64,000 nt of DNA from Macrostomum hystrix. Its lineage: Eukaryota; Animalia; Platyhelminthes. A program made the translations under genes and the position numbers. The number at the start of each line of letters is the position of its first letter. The stretch's first letter is position 1. The stretch lies in assembly GCA_950097015.1 (NCBI GenBank), contig CATNEN010000038.1:26970001-27034000 (forward strand), read 5' to 3'. The notes beneath the pieces are model-generated. The model worked only from the letters and a program-made list of their open reading frames with translations. It was not told where the DNA came from and did no database searches. Shown here in pieces: positions 52,001-59,875 of the stretch.

Positions 52001-54708
52001 GCTCTAATTAGTAATTGTAACAGAGAACTAACGAATATGCAAGTCTTTAACTGACTCAATCAATATAACTGATTAACTTTCATGTCTAGTAAATTATTAA
52101 TTAAGGTAGATTTCTCTGGAAAGATAATATAATAAAACTAAGAGTTTAACAAGCAAAACACTCGACTGTATTCAATAAAAATCAAATTTCGAGACTGTTC
52201 AAAAAAACTAAATCCGAAAACTGCGAAGGCGATAAATAACACGAAATCGATTTAGAGTTTCAATGACCGAAATACTAGCTCCTAGACCGACATTTGAAAA
52301 GCGAAACGTCGATGGAAAAAATGTTAAACCAAACTGAGAAAGAATAGCCGTAGAAATGGCTAGATTTCACAGAAAAAAATCGAAACGCAATCCTGGTCCG
52401 TCTGTCTCTCTAGCCTGTCTTTTTGTTTCAATTTTTAACATAGATTATCTCCCAGCTAAGGGTTGAACGAATACAGAAAAAATGTTCAGATTCTTCCACA
52501 TGGAAGAAATAATTCTGTACACTGTACAATAGTTTCCTGCACCAGCTGCACATCCCATCGTTTCCATTGTGCGCATACCTGGCATTAGCTAGTCGCATTC
52601 GGTCAAATCCCAAATAAAAAAACGAAGTTTCCCTGTAGTTTTATGACGAACTCGGCATTTTAACTAACACTATCGCCTGTCTCTCTGCAAACCTATTTCT
52701 TTATCTTACTTTATCTAATTTTCATCTTGGATTTGAACAAGCTGCTTTCCCAGGGAGGGATTTAATGCTATTTGGGAAGAAAGCTACAATACTTTACTTG
52801 GTATTATATACAGCTAGATTGTCTAGTATTCTATTGATTGCACAGCTACTAACCAGCTAACAGGGAATAAACATTTTAACAAGTATTTAGCAATTTTCAG
52901 TTCAGCCTACTCTAAGTAGTCAGTGTGCGACTTTGTTTTAGGCAATGATGGTCCGTCAAGGAAGGCTAAATTAAGAGGTTTTCCGTCTGGTATATCGCAT
53001 ATTTTGCGCAGGTTCCAATTATACTGAAACTCTCTTTGAGATTAAAAGAAAATATATTTTACGCATGTAGCTAGAAGTTTCTAGCGTAGAGAGTAAACTT
53101 ATTCAGTCTAACCGAATGTTAAGTCACAGCATTAGACAGAAACAAGACCGATAAGAACATAAGCCCAAGTAAAGGAAGTAATGCAATGTTAAATATCACC
53201 CCGACTGTACGATTGTATACGGCTGTGTGAAATACGATATCAACTGGCACAAAAACTATTGCATTAGTAATTAACTATGTTAGCTAATAAGACGTCCACA
53301 GATACAAACCTAATGCCAATGTACAGATTCACAGAACTACAAAATGCACTCAGGGAACTGAAGATTGGAGGATTCAGCAGTTAAGGAACCAGATGCTGTC
53401 AGTGAGGACACTCAGGGAACTGAAGATTGGAGGATTCAGCAGTTAAGGAACCAGATGCTGTCAGTGGGGACACTCAGGGAACTGAAGATTGGAGGATTCA
53501 GCAGTTAAGGAACCAGATGCTGTCAGTGAGGACACTCAGGGAACTGAAGATTGGAGGATTCAGCAGTTAAGGAACCAGATGCTGTCAGTGAGAAGGACAC
53601 TCAGGGAACTGAAGATTGGAGGATTTAGCAGTTAAGGAACCAGATGCTGTCAGTGAGGACACTCAGGGAACTGAAGATTGGAGGATTCAGCAGTTAAGGA
53701 ACCAGATGCTGTCAGTGAGGACACTCAGGGAACTGAAGATTGGAGGATTCAGCAGTTAAGGAACCAGATGCTGTCAGTGAGAAGGACACTCAGGGAACTG
53801 AAGATTGGAGGATTTAGCAGTTAAGGAACCAGATGCTGTCAGTGAGGACACTCAGGGAACTGAAGATTGGAGGATTCAGCAGTTAAGGAACCAGATGCTG
53901 TCAGTGAGGACACTCAGGGAACTGAAGATTGGAGGATTCAGCAGTTAAGGAACCAGATGCAGTCAGTGAGAAGGACACTCAGGGAACTGAAGATTGGAGG
54001 ATTTAGCAGTTAAGGAACCAGATGCTGTCAGTGAGGACACTCAGGGAACTGAAGATTGGAGGATTCAGCAGTTAAGGAACCAGATGCTGTCAGTGAGGAC
54101 ACTCAGGGAACTGAAGATTGGAGGATTCAGCAGTTAATGAACCAGATGCTGTCAGTGAGGACACTCAGGGAACTGAAGATTGGAGGATTCAGCAGTTAAT
54201 GAACCAGATGCTGTCAGTGGGGACACTCGGGAACTGAAGATTGGAGGATTCAGCAGTTAATGAACCAGATGCTGTCAGTGAGAAGGACACTCAGGGAACT
54301 GAAGATTGGAGTATTCAGCAGTTAATGAACCAGATGCTGTCAGTGGGGACACTCAGGGAACTGAAGATCTGGAGGATTCAGCAGTTAAGGAACCAGATGC
54401 TGTCAGTGGGGACACTCGGGAACTGAAGATTGGAAGATTCAGCAGTTAAGGAACCAGATGCTGTCAGTGGGGACACTCTGGAACTGAAGATTGGAAGATT
54501 CAGCAGTTAAGGAACCAGATGCTGTCAGTGAGAAGGACACTCAGGGAACTGAAGATTGGAGGATTCAGCAGTTAAGTAACCAGATGCTGTCAGTGGGGAC
54601 ACTCAGGGAACTGAAGATGGAAGGATTCTGCAGCTCCTGAATAAAGCAAAATTGTTTTTAAACACTACTCACAGCTTTTAACCTCCTCTCTTCTGTGGTA
54701 GAAAACAT
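6818..54708 (-). CDS. ANK2: Canonical ankyrin (ANK repeats-ZU5-ZU5-UPA-death domain-acidic tail), spliced gene span
   Basis: About 26 exons with GT-AG borders and matching phases. Hallmark peptides: [111 protein letters not shown]. The symbol marks family membership (ANK1/2/3 co-orthologue, unc-44-like), not strict orthology. Confidence 0.95.
7599..8117 (-). CDS. ANK2: Ankyrin C-terminal tail exon (173 codons, phase 1-1)
   Basis: Acceptor ccctttttttag|AA; GC-rich open frame; donor GAA G|gtagcc. Alternatives: G|gtgatg at 7583, or read-through to TAA at 7570. Confidence 0.85.
10237..10347 (-). CDS. Candidate alternative stop-containing exon ([32 protein letters not shown]-stop)
   Basis: Good donor CAG|gtgaga at 10236; open in phase 1; acceptor is an uncommon GAG (tctttgag). 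Confidence 0.35.
10689..10727 (-). CDS. ANK2: Ankyrin 39-nt micro-exon ([13 protein letters not shown]), phase 1-1
   Basis: ccattttag|AT...CAG G|gtaaga; length is a multiple of 3; acidic like neighbouring exons. Confidence 0.75.
10801..11790. repeat. 30-bp minisatellite (agattggctgacccaatatgaggatctggg)
   Basis: About 32 near-identical copies ending about 20 bp from the donor at 11811. Confidence 0.97.
11812..12018 (-). CDS. ANK2: Ankyrin tail exon (ELDTPQTAP...QQEQDDA), 207 nt, phase 1-1
   Basis: NAGNAG acceptor aag-cag|AG; donor G|gtgagt; open, GC-rich frame. Confidence 0.85.
12464..13101. repeat. 30-bp minisatellite, inverted relative of the 10801-11790 array
   Basis: Unit cccagatcctcagattgggtcagatattct versus the reverse complement of the other unit, cccagatcctcatattgggtcagccaatct. 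Confidence 0.95.
13370..13498 (-). CDS. ANK2: Ankyrin tail exon (EAVQEDD...APEGDE), 129 nt, phase 1-1
   Basis: Acceptor cctccgtcag|AA; donor G|gtttgt. Confidence 0.8.
13567..14895. repeat. 33-bp minisatellite (tatcctccagttcttcaggggcaagtagctcta)
   Basis: About 40 copies; source of the 445-aa plus-strand ORF. Confidence 0.97.
15101..15551 (-). CDS. ANK2: Ankyrin exon: C-terminal half of the death domain plus start of the tail
   Basis: atccag|GTG AAC TTC; [11 protein letters not shown]...[17 protein letters not shown]; donor G|gttggt (phase 1). Confidence 0.9.
15608..16140. repeat. Degenerate purine-rich tandem repeat (ggagaattgggaaatgggagattatagga-like)
   Basis: Fills most of the intron that splits the death domain. 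Confidence 0.8.
16185..16505 (-). CDS. ANK2: Ankyrin exon: end of UPA and start of the death domain
   Basis: ccttccag|[14 protein letters not shown]...[10 protein letters not shown]...[23 protein letters not shown]...NAK|gtgggc; 107 codons. Confidence 0.92.
16555..17232. repeat. 21-bp minisatellite (gtgagattcgacgagatttgg)
   Basis: Tandem copies spanning almost the whole intron. Confidence 0.95.
17251..17439 (-). CDS. ANK2: Ankyrin UPA-domain exon
   Basis: VDKTLE...[11 protein letters not shown]...GNL.P..K.GDQL...[11 protein letters not shown]|gtgagt; 63 codons. Confidence 0.95.
17528..18010. repeat. 21-bp minisatellite (atcccatttgagtagctaaaa)
   Basis: About 23 copies. Confidence 0.95.
18157..18383 (-). 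CDS. ANK2: Ankyrin exon: end of ZU5-C and start of UPA
   Basis: [27 protein letters not shown]...[13 protein letters not shown]...[10 protein letters not shown]|gtgtga; phase 1 to 0. Confidence 0.95.
18411..19297. repeat. 40-41 bp minisatellite (aactacgagcctacatttaaagctactcaaactgtactca)
   Basis: About 21 copies. Confidence 0.95.
19396..19687 (-). CDS. ANK2: Ankyrin ZU5-C exon
   Basis: [20 protein letters not shown]...[22 protein letters not shown]...[10 protein letters not shown]...WEDIT G|gtaagc. Confidence 0.97.
20037..21060. repeat. 24-bp minisatellite with 20-bp variants (atagatctagccctgtctttatcc)
   Basis: Each unit contains the TAGATCTA palindrome. Confidence 0.95.
21139..21673 (-). 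CDS. ANK2: Ankyrin ZU5-N exon (spectrin-binding DAR motif)
   Basis: ccgcag|A TTC completes GG|A to give [13 protein letters not shown]...[12 protein letters not shown]...[16 protein letters not shown]...[10 protein letters not shown]...VIGQ|gtacgc. Confidence 0.97.
21778..22130. repeat. 24-bp minisatellite (gagctgtcatatgagcagggaaac)
   Basis: About 14 copies. Confidence 0.95.
22792..23390 (-). mobile_element. tRNA-derived SINE family A copy, interrupted by a CORE-SINE
   Basis: 23180-23390 is near-identical to 40250-40390 (tttctcatcgtcaggcagtgtacac...ccgcggctgcgcccc...gcggaatcga). 22792-22866 resembles the agggctgt...cctgag end of the 40.1 kb copy, but only weakly. Confidence 0.7.
22869..23166 (+). 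mobile_element. tRNA-derived CORE-type SINE (family B)
   Basis: A box TAGCCTAGTGG and B-box-like GATCGATTCCC, then tatgtccttaagctagatacttaactctgcattgcttcagttcacccagctgataaatggg, which resembles the MIR/CORE central domain as recalled. Second copy reversed at about 38720-38861; 3' fragment at about 1974-2030. Confidence 0.8.
24090..24680. repeat. TGTCTCATCTCTC-family minisatellite (pyrimidine orientation), degenerate
   Basis: Reverse orientation of the GAGATGAGACA arrays at 3076 and 30222. Confidence 0.85.
25331..25740. repeat. 22-bp minisatellite (ctaccatccttgtctacccact)
   Basis: About 18 copies next to the donor at 25783. Confidence 0.95.
25784..25920 (-). CDS. ANK2: Ankyrin linker exon preceding ZU5-N (DTVAMEQ...[13 protein letters not shown])
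   Basis: ctttgccag|GAT; GG|gtgaga is phase 2 and joins the ZU5 exon in frame. Confidence 0.9.
26203..26643. repeat. 21-bp minisatellite (tatctatccactcatatctct)
   Basis: Direct inspection. Confidence 0.9.
26739..26927 (-). CDS. ANK2: Ankyrin linker exon starting with polyQ (Q9[14 protein letters not shown]...CSTCLE), phase 0-0
   Basis: cttttcaaattag|(CAG)9; open for 63 codons; donor GAA|gtgcgt; phase fits both neighbours. Donor choice less certain. Confidence 0.6.
27457..29490. repeat. 36-bp G-rich minisatellite (ggggaatggggatccaaacaagctagaagggatatt)
   Basis: About 56 copies; source of many spurious ORFs. Confidence 0.97.
29597..29664 (-). CDS. ANK2: Ankyrin linker exon ([23 protein letters not shown]), phase 1 to 0
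   Basis: ttatcttatctag|GC ... AAG|gtgagt; the only exon found that converts phase 1 to 0, as the gene model requires. Confidence 0.85.
30222..30870. repeat. GAGATGAGACA-family minisatellite (purine orientation), 16-18 bp units
   Basis: Same core as 3076-4570. Confidence 0.95.
31492..31690. repeat. 16-bp minisatellite (gggattcctagaatct)
   Basis: About 12 copies; unit contains the inverted repeat gattc-cta-gaatc. Confidence 0.95.
31726..32016 (-). CDS. ANK2: Ankyrin linker cassette exon (...[11 protein letters not shown]...SDLSSARS), phase 1-1
   Basis: Donor G|gtaaaa at 31725; several in-phase acceptors (32016, 32010, 31995), so the start is uncertain. Confidence 0.65.
32090..32325. repeat. 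25-bp minisatellite (gatatgggatcttaaactggcagtc)
   Basis: About 9 copies. Confidence 0.9.
33054..33329 (-). CDS. ANK2: Ankyrin linker cassette exon ([11 protein letters not shown]...SNSKRSK), 276 nt, phase 1-1
   Basis: cgacag|GC (weak pyrimidine tract); donor G|gtaaaa; Ser-rich open frame. Confidence 0.65.
33453..33717. promoter_or_regulatory. Four CTATAAATAG motifs (MEF2 consensus YTA(W)4TAR; also TATA-like) in a diverged 80-90 bp tandem repeat
   Basis: Exact matches at 33453, 33534, 33616 and 33708. Confidence 0.4.
34247..34312 (-). CDS. ANK2: Ankyrin linker cassette exon ([22 protein letters not shown]), 66 nt, phase 1-1
   Basis: ttttaatcatcag|AC ... G|gtaggc; GC-rich island in an AT-rich intron. 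Confidence 0.7.
34674..34877 (-). CDS. ANK2: Ankyrin linker exon ([10 protein letters not shown]...[10 protein letters not shown]), 204 nt, phase 1-1
   Basis: aacaag|GC (A-rich acceptor); donor G|gtattt; GC-rich open frame. Confidence 0.7.
37527..37710 (-). CDS. ANK2: Ankyrin exon: last ANK repeat and start of linker
   Basis: ccctaacag|[25 protein letters not shown]...[17 protein letters not shown]|gtaagt. Confidence 0.93.
37860..38400. repeat. Degenerate ~40-bp tandem repeat with a GATCACGTGAC core
   Basis: About 11 cores; intact CACGTG at about 37888, 38265, 38346 and 38386. Confidence 0.75.
38720..38861 (-). mobile_element. Partial CORE-SINE (family B) copy
   Basis: Reverse complement of 22915-23020 (cagctgggtgaactgaagcaatgcagagt...tcgggaatcga). 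Confidence 0.75.
38931..39677 (-). CDS. ANK2: Ankyrin ANK-repeat exon (249 codons)
   Basis: Repeated GxTPLHxAA motifs; ccgcag|GTG ... GCG|gtgagt. Confidence 0.97.
40098..40434 (-). mobile_element. tRNA-derived SINE family A, most complete copy
   Basis: Minus strand: A box TGGCAGAGCGG, B box GTTCGATTCC, body shared with the 23.2, 45.7/47.1 and 59.6 kb copies, (TTA)-rich tail. Confidence 0.8.
40528..40731 (-). CDS. ANK2: Ankyrin ANK-repeat exon (68 codons)
   Basis: [32 protein letters not shown]...[14 protein letters not shown]|gtgtgt. Confidence 0.97.
40860..42790. repeat. 29-bp minisatellite (tagggatctaggcatcccatctacttatc)
   Basis: About 65 copies; unit contains the inverted repeat gggat...atccc. 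Confidence 0.97.
42864..43505 (-). CDS. ANK2: Ankyrin ANK-repeat exon (214 codons)
   Basis: [15 protein letters not shown]...[22 protein letters not shown]...[16 protein letters not shown]...LAVRSNQ|gtgact. Confidence 0.97.
43601..44105. repeat. 34-35 bp minisatellite (gtgggtggatgataaatcccaaatctcccaaagca)
   Basis: About 14 copies with progressive divergence. Confidence 0.95.
44144..44473 (-). CDS. ANK2: Ankyrin ANK-repeat exon (110 codons)
   Basis: [35 protein letters not shown]...[12 protein letters not shown]...GADVNFQ|gtgagt. Confidence 0.97.
44583..45232. repeat. 20/21-bp minisatellite (gtgccatttaggggtttctta)
   Basis: About 30 copies. Confidence 0.95.
45350..45595 (-). CDS. ANK2: Ankyrin ANK-repeat exon (82 codons)
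   Basis: tttcgtag|[14 protein letters not shown]...[15 protein letters not shown]...[19 protein letters not shown]|gtatgt. Confidence 0.97.
45697..47192 (-). mobile_element. SINE family A copy split by the Harbinger-type insertion (45697-45868 plus 47108-47192)
   Basis: Both flanks align collinearly with the 40.1-40.4 kb copy. Confidence 0.8.
45869..47107 (+). mobile_element. Defective PIF/Harbinger-superfamily DNA transposon (HARBI1-like DDE transposase pseudogene), 1239 bp
   Basis: TIRs ggccgtataaataaagtgagcaattgctca and tgagcaattgctcactttattcatacggcc. Transposase motifs [72 protein letters not shown]. Frameshifts, an apparent deletion after WPG and a premature stop. Confidence 0.92.
48580..49025. 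repeat. TGTCTCATCTCTC-family minisatellite, degenerate (pyrimidine orientation)
   Basis: Units such as gtgtctaatctctcc and gtgtctcatctct. Confidence 0.85.
49168..49432 (-). CDS. Candidate alternative first coding exon of ankyrin ([14 protein letters not shown]...RGRFGSA)
   Basis: ATG in an aatcaATG context; 88 codons of Ser/Asn-rich frame; donor CCG|gtaggt (phase 1) and a weaker phase-0 donor TTG|gtatta at 49159. Confidence 0.45.
50270..50660. repeat. Highly degenerate TGTCTTATCTCTC-family repeat
   Basis: Recurrent tgtcttatctctc motifs. Confidence 0.65.
51266..51675. repeat. 20-bp minisatellite (gagctgaggtgagcagggga)
   Basis: About 20 copies starting about 30 bp from the donor at 51704. 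Confidence 0.95.
51705..51806 (-). CDS. ANK2: Ankyrin exon: first ANK repeat ([34 protein letters not shown])
   Basis: tttaccactag| ... |gtgagt; 34 codons; matches the ankyrin repeat-1 signature FLRAARAGNL. Confidence 0.95.
53348..54630. repeat. 62-bp minisatellite with a 65-bp variant
   Basis: actcagggaactgaagattggaggattcagcagttaaggaaccagatgctgtcagtgaggac, about 20 copies. Confidence 0.97.
54673..54708 (-). CDS. ANK2: Probable first coding exon of ankyrin ([12 protein letters not shown])
   Basis: ataaATG ... GCT|gtgagt is a consensus donor, phase 0, in frame with the 51806 acceptor. Confidence 0.65.
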
Positions 54709-55329
54709 TTATCTTATTTTCTCTTTCAATTGTTAAAAGACAGTTGTTAGAAACAGAGTTAGTAGACAAATCACTGATGAAAGAAATTTTGTTATTCGGA
54801 TTCTCCAAATAATATTGTTAGACGATTTGCTGGCAATTTTCGACAAGCTCGAATTTATATACAGTTACACACTAAAGAGGAAGTGTTCTCTGTTAACACG
54901 AGAAAGGAAAAGAGGGTGTACAAGATCGTATTTAATAATTAAACCTAACCTTCCGGTGTGAACTTTCCCTATCACGATATCTCGGACTCGCCTAAATTAT
55001 CTCCCTAACTCAGTTGCTATTATCTAGCCTATACTCTATAAAATCGATATCCCTTCCATCAATTCCATTTTCAATTGTATCTAGCATACAAACGTGCTTA
55101 CCTGACCGGAATTGTGTACTTAGATGGAAAGGGGGGATAGATACAAGCACTGGCATTTCTGCGGCCACTCAAAATCCTATTCTAGCCTCCGCCAGTCTCA
55201 TCATTCTCAATCCCGTTGGGAAATCATTGCCTCTGTTCTGCATTAATTATAGAGATGGCTGACCAAGCTCTATACAGAATCACCCGGATACATATACTTA
55301 CTTCAATAGAATTAGTGATGAGTGAGAAC

Positions 55330-57040
55330 CAGGGGGTAGAAACGTAGTAGAAGAGGTGTAGACTGTAGAGTAGGAGAAACAGAGGGGTAGAGAGGGAGAA
55401 AGAGAACGGTAGAGAGGTAGAAACAGAACGGTAGAGAGGAAGAAACAGAACGGTACAGAGGGAAAAAAAGAAAGGTAGAGAGGGAGAAAGAGAGGAGAAG
55501 AGAAGAAGAAACAGAGAGGTAGAGTGGGAGAAAGGGAGGAGTAGAGAGGGAGAAAGAGAACGGTAGAGAGGAAGAAAGAGAGAAGTAGAGAAGAAGAAAC
55601 AGAGGGGTAGAGAGGGAGAAAGGGAGGGGTAGAGGGAGAAAGAGAGGAGTAGAGAGGGAGAAACAGAGGGGTAGAGTGGGAGAAACAGTCGGGTATAGAG
55701 GGAGAAACAGAGGGGTATAGAGGGAGAAACAGAGGGGTATAGAGGGAGAAACAGAGGGGTATAGAGGGAGAAACAGAGGGGTATAGAGGGAGAAACAGAG
55801 GGGTATAGAGGGAGAAACAGAGGGGTAGAGAGGGAGAAACAGAGGGGTAGAGTGGAAGAAACAGTCGGGCATAGAGGGAGAAACAGAGGGGTAGAGTGGA
55901 AGAAACAGTCGGGTATAGAGGGAGAAACAGAGGGGTATAGAGGGAGAAACAGAGGGGTATAGAGGGAGAAACAGAGGGGTATAGAGGGAGAAACAGAGGG
56001 GTATAGAGGGAGAAACAGAGGGGTATAGAGGGAGAAACAGAGGGGTATAGAGGGAGAAACAGAGGGGTATAGAGGGAGAAACAGAGGGGTATAGAGGGAG
56101 AAACAGAGGGGTAGAGTGGGAGAAACAGTCGGGTATAGAGGGAGAAACAGAGGGGTAGAGTGGGAGAAACAGTCGGGTATAGAGGGATAAACAGAGGGGT
56201 ATAGAGGGAGAAACAGAGGGGTATAGAGGGAGAAACAGAGGGGTATAGAGGGAGAAACAGAGGGGTATAGAGGGAGAAACAGAGGGGTATAGAGGGAGAA
56301 ACAGAGGGGTAGAGTGGGAGAAACAGTCGGGTATAGAGGGAGAAACAGAGGGGTAGAGTGGGAGAAACAGTCGGGTATAGAGGGAGAAACAGAGGGGTAT
56401 AGAGGGAGAAACAGAGGGGTATAGAGGGAGAAACAGAGGGGTATAGAGGGAGAAACAGAGGGGTATAGAGGGAGAAACAGAGGGGTATAGAGGGAGAAAC
56501 AGAGGGGTATAGAGGGAGAAACAGAGGGGTATAGAGGGAGAAACAGAGGGGTATAGAGGGAGAAACAGAGGGGTAGAGTGGGAGAAACAGTCGGGTATAG
56601 AGGGAGAAACAGAGGGGTAGAGTGGGAGAAACAGTCGGGTATAGAGGGAGAAACAGAGGGGTATAGAGGGAGAAACAGAGGGGTATAGAGGGAGAAACAG
56701 TCGGGTATAGAGGGAGAAACAGAGGGGTAGAGTGGGAGAAACAGTCGGGTATAGAGGGAGAAACAGTCGGGTATAGAGGGAGAAACAGAGGGGTATAGAG
56801 GGAGAAACAGAGGGGTAGAGAGGGAGAAACAGTCGGGTAGAGGGAGAAACAGAGGGGTATAGAGGGAGAAACAGAGGGGTATAGAGGGAGAAACAGAGGG
56901 GTAGAGTGGGAGAAACAGTCGGGTATAGAGGGAGAAACAGAGGGGTAGAGTGGGAGAAACAGTCGGGTATAGAAGGAGAAACAGAGGGGTAGAGTGGGAG
57001 AAACAGTCGGGTATAGAAGGAGAAATAGAGGGTTAGAGAG
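55330..57040. repeat. 22-bp purine-rich minisatellite (agagggagaaacagaggggtat)
   Basis: About 65 regular copies plus a degenerate left end; source of the 612-aa spurious ORF. Confidence 0.97.
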
Positions 57041-58129
57041 GGAGCAAGATGGAAAAGATATGAAAAATAAAACTAGTAGTTCATAGCAAACTCCTGACTT
57101 ACCAATTCTGGCATTATTGCCAACATACAATAACAACTTTATTGAAGTTTAATTAGGCCATACTTTGCTATTTTTTCTGCGACTTTATAATAGCTTTAAA
57201 GAAAAGCAAGTCAGAACCAAGGCTTTAATGAGAGCCAAAATTCGCATGCAACATAGCTATATGCGCATGTACTAAGTGTATAAGAGATTACATTTACTGA
57301 GAATGTTAACCGAGGTCTTTAAACAAACAATATTTTTCTATCTTACTCTTTCAGGCAAAGCCAAATGTTGTATCGAACCTCTCAACTGACTAACAAGCAA
57401 TTTATATAGGGCAAAAGCAAAGCAAAGTCGGAACAAACTGCATATATTAAGGGGCCATTAAACTGTCAAAAGAGAAGCGAGACTAGAGATTTCAATGCAA
57501 CTATTCTAGTTATTTATTTGCTTACTTAAGAGTCGGACTTAATTTCATATAAATTTATTGACAGATCGATTAGTTATTTTTAAAACAGCTGCTGATAAAT
57601 TAAACAAAACAGAAAAGGATTTCCTTAGCTAAAAACTCTACTAATAGTAGATCACATGTGGCTATAAAACTGCAAAAGGGGGGGGGCAAATTTCGTGGCG
57701 AAATTACAAATAGCATAAATTTTGTCTAGTCGATGTCTAATATAAAATTGTACGCAATATAAAACGCGTTCAGCAAGCGCAATAATTATTAAGCGCACAG
57801 TGGTGAGTTAGAAGCGTGAACAAGCACGCTTTGAGAGGACAACCATTTTTCACTGATAAGAATTAACTACGAGATATTACGAGTAATTTTGGTGGGCGCA
57901 CACACACAGCAGAATGACTTGACAGTATTGATAAGAACTCTTCGACTGAAGAAAATAGACAGAAATATGAATGATTTAGCTAGGGACCTTCTGTTCAAGT
58001 GTTGGTTTTAAAGAATTTTATATAATATATAAAACTGACAAATTAACGACACCTCAAAACATTAAATATGAGAAAACATAACTGATGGCCTGAACTATAT
58101 GACAGGAGTTATAAGCAGATGTTTTTCAT

Positions 58130-58490
58130 ATGTCTTATCTCTCCCGTGTCTCATCTCTAGTGTCTCATCTCTCCCGCGTCTCATCTCTCCTGTGTCTTAA
58201 TTCTCCCGTGTCTCATCACTACCGTGTCTCATCTCTCCTGTGTCTCATCTCTCCTGTGTCTCATCTCTCCCGTGTCTCATCTCTCCCGTGTCTCATCTCT
58301 CCCGTGTCTCATCTCTCCTGTGTCTTATCTCTCCCGTGTCTCATCTCTCCCGTGTCTCATCTCTCCCGTGTCTCATCTCTCCCCTGTCTCATCTCTCCTG
58401 TGTCTTATCTCTCCTGTGTCTTATCTCTCCCGTGTCTCATCTCTCCCGCGTCTTATCTCTCCTCTGTGTCATCCCTCCCGTATCTGATCT
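58130..58490. repeat. 16-bp TGTCTCATCTCTCCCG minisatellite (pyrimidine orientation)
   Basis: Reverse complement of the 30222 and 3076 family. Confidence 0.95.
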
Positions 58491-58654
58491 CCACCTTGTA
58501 AGAATAGCCGCTGTTTTAACAGCTGTCTTTTTGTTTTCTTCCTTAGAAATTTATACCAGCCATATAACGTATAAGGTTGCCGACCACTGGTCTTCTGCAG
58601 TTATTATTTTCCGGCCTACTAAACATCGCTGCTCTATTAGGCCTTGCCGAGTTC

Positions 58655-59090
58655 CATCCTCTCTCTCTCTCTCTCTCACTATATTTTAAAGTTGCTAGCA
58701 AAGATGGCCAGATCTAATCCCCGAATCCCCAAGTTCTGTTCTTTCCCATCCCTATTCCTCAGCCCTGATGCCTCGCCCTAGCTATCGCTTCCCTCCCTCC
58801 CACCCACCCACTCTGTTCCGCCGTCTTTACCCCTCACCCCTCTCTCGCTCGCTCGCTCTCTCCCTCTTTCAGTTGTGCACAAGCAAGTATGGGGGGCAGA
58901 AGGGGCAGTAGAATAAAACTGCAATACGTATAAGAATATGATATACTGGACAGAGACGGGAAGTAAGCAATGAGACGGTTGAAAGTGGAGGGAGAGAGAG
59001 GGGTGAAAAATCGATAGTCTAGCCACCAAAACCCCCCATCCTGCAAACAACCACCCAATCCACACTCAACCAACCAAGCCTTCTCTCAAA
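58655..59090. promoter_or_regulatory. Possible promoter or 5' region upstream of ankyrin (GA/CT runs, C-rich tracts, YY1-like AAGATGGC)
   Basis: Composition shift only; no transcript evidence. Confidence 0.25.
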
Positions 59091-59584
59091 AAAATAATAG
59101 CACTAGCTACAGTAAGTCTTCCTAAATCTGTCTAGAGCCAGGGCTACAGGATCGGATTGGGTGTATGGGTAGACACAAGGGAAAGACAATTAACATTTAT
59201 TATTTTAATGAGGAAACAGATGCCTGGGAAAATCTGAAAACAGCCGACAGTCTGGTGTTTTTCATCTTCTCGACTGACAGTTGATAATTAAATAATAAAT
59301 AACATGCATCTGACATTCACATATTATCATTGAGTTTAGGAATTATATTTTAAACAAAAAGTACATACTTGATAAAAGTACATACTTTTATAAAAAAATG
59401 CTTAAACTGTGCTTGGAGGGGAACACTCGAAGTGTTTTCCTAACAATATTCTAGAATTGAAAATCGAAACATTAATTACTTACTAATACTATAAAATTGG
59501 AAAGTAGACACAAAAATTAATGCTAAAAACTTACTACTTGAAAATAAATGTGCTAAAAAGTTATCTTTACTAAATTTAGACCAC

Positions 59585-59875
59585 AAACATCACTGGCAGG
59601 GCTGACACTGACACCAAGGTCCCAAAGCTCAATTTCATGGAGAGAGAACAATTTAGGCCAACCTAGTCTACAATAGTGAGAGTGTACACTGCCTGATGAT
59701 GAGAAAACAGGGCACATGTACACAGAAAATGTCTGTGTATGGTATTTGTGTGTGTGTGCAAAGGAGTTAGCGAAATGGCCAGAATTACATCCTTGCTAGC
59801 TTCAGGTCTAGTCACTAAATGATGTGTCATTGCCAACAGCCCTGTTGCATTTTTTTAAAAGTTATTATTATGATT
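59585..59875 (+). mobile_element. Degraded SINE family A copy, opposite orientation
   Basis: gtgagagtgtacactgcctgatgatgagaaa...agcgaaatg..cagaatt...cattgccaacagccct followed by a ttattatta tail. Confidence 0.7.

Noticed and set aside
52428-52613. Possible alternative first exon (MRLANAR, donor gtatgc)
   Set aside because: The donor is phase 2, incompatible with the phase-0 acceptor at 51806.
53348-54630. CRISPR-like periodicity here and in other arrays
   Set aside because: Head-to-tail units with no unique spacers, no cas genes, and a eukaryotic spliced-gene context.
55298-57136. 612-aa ORF upstream of ankyrin exon 1
   Set aside because: Pyrimidine-rich strand of a 22-bp satellite; stop-free by composition.
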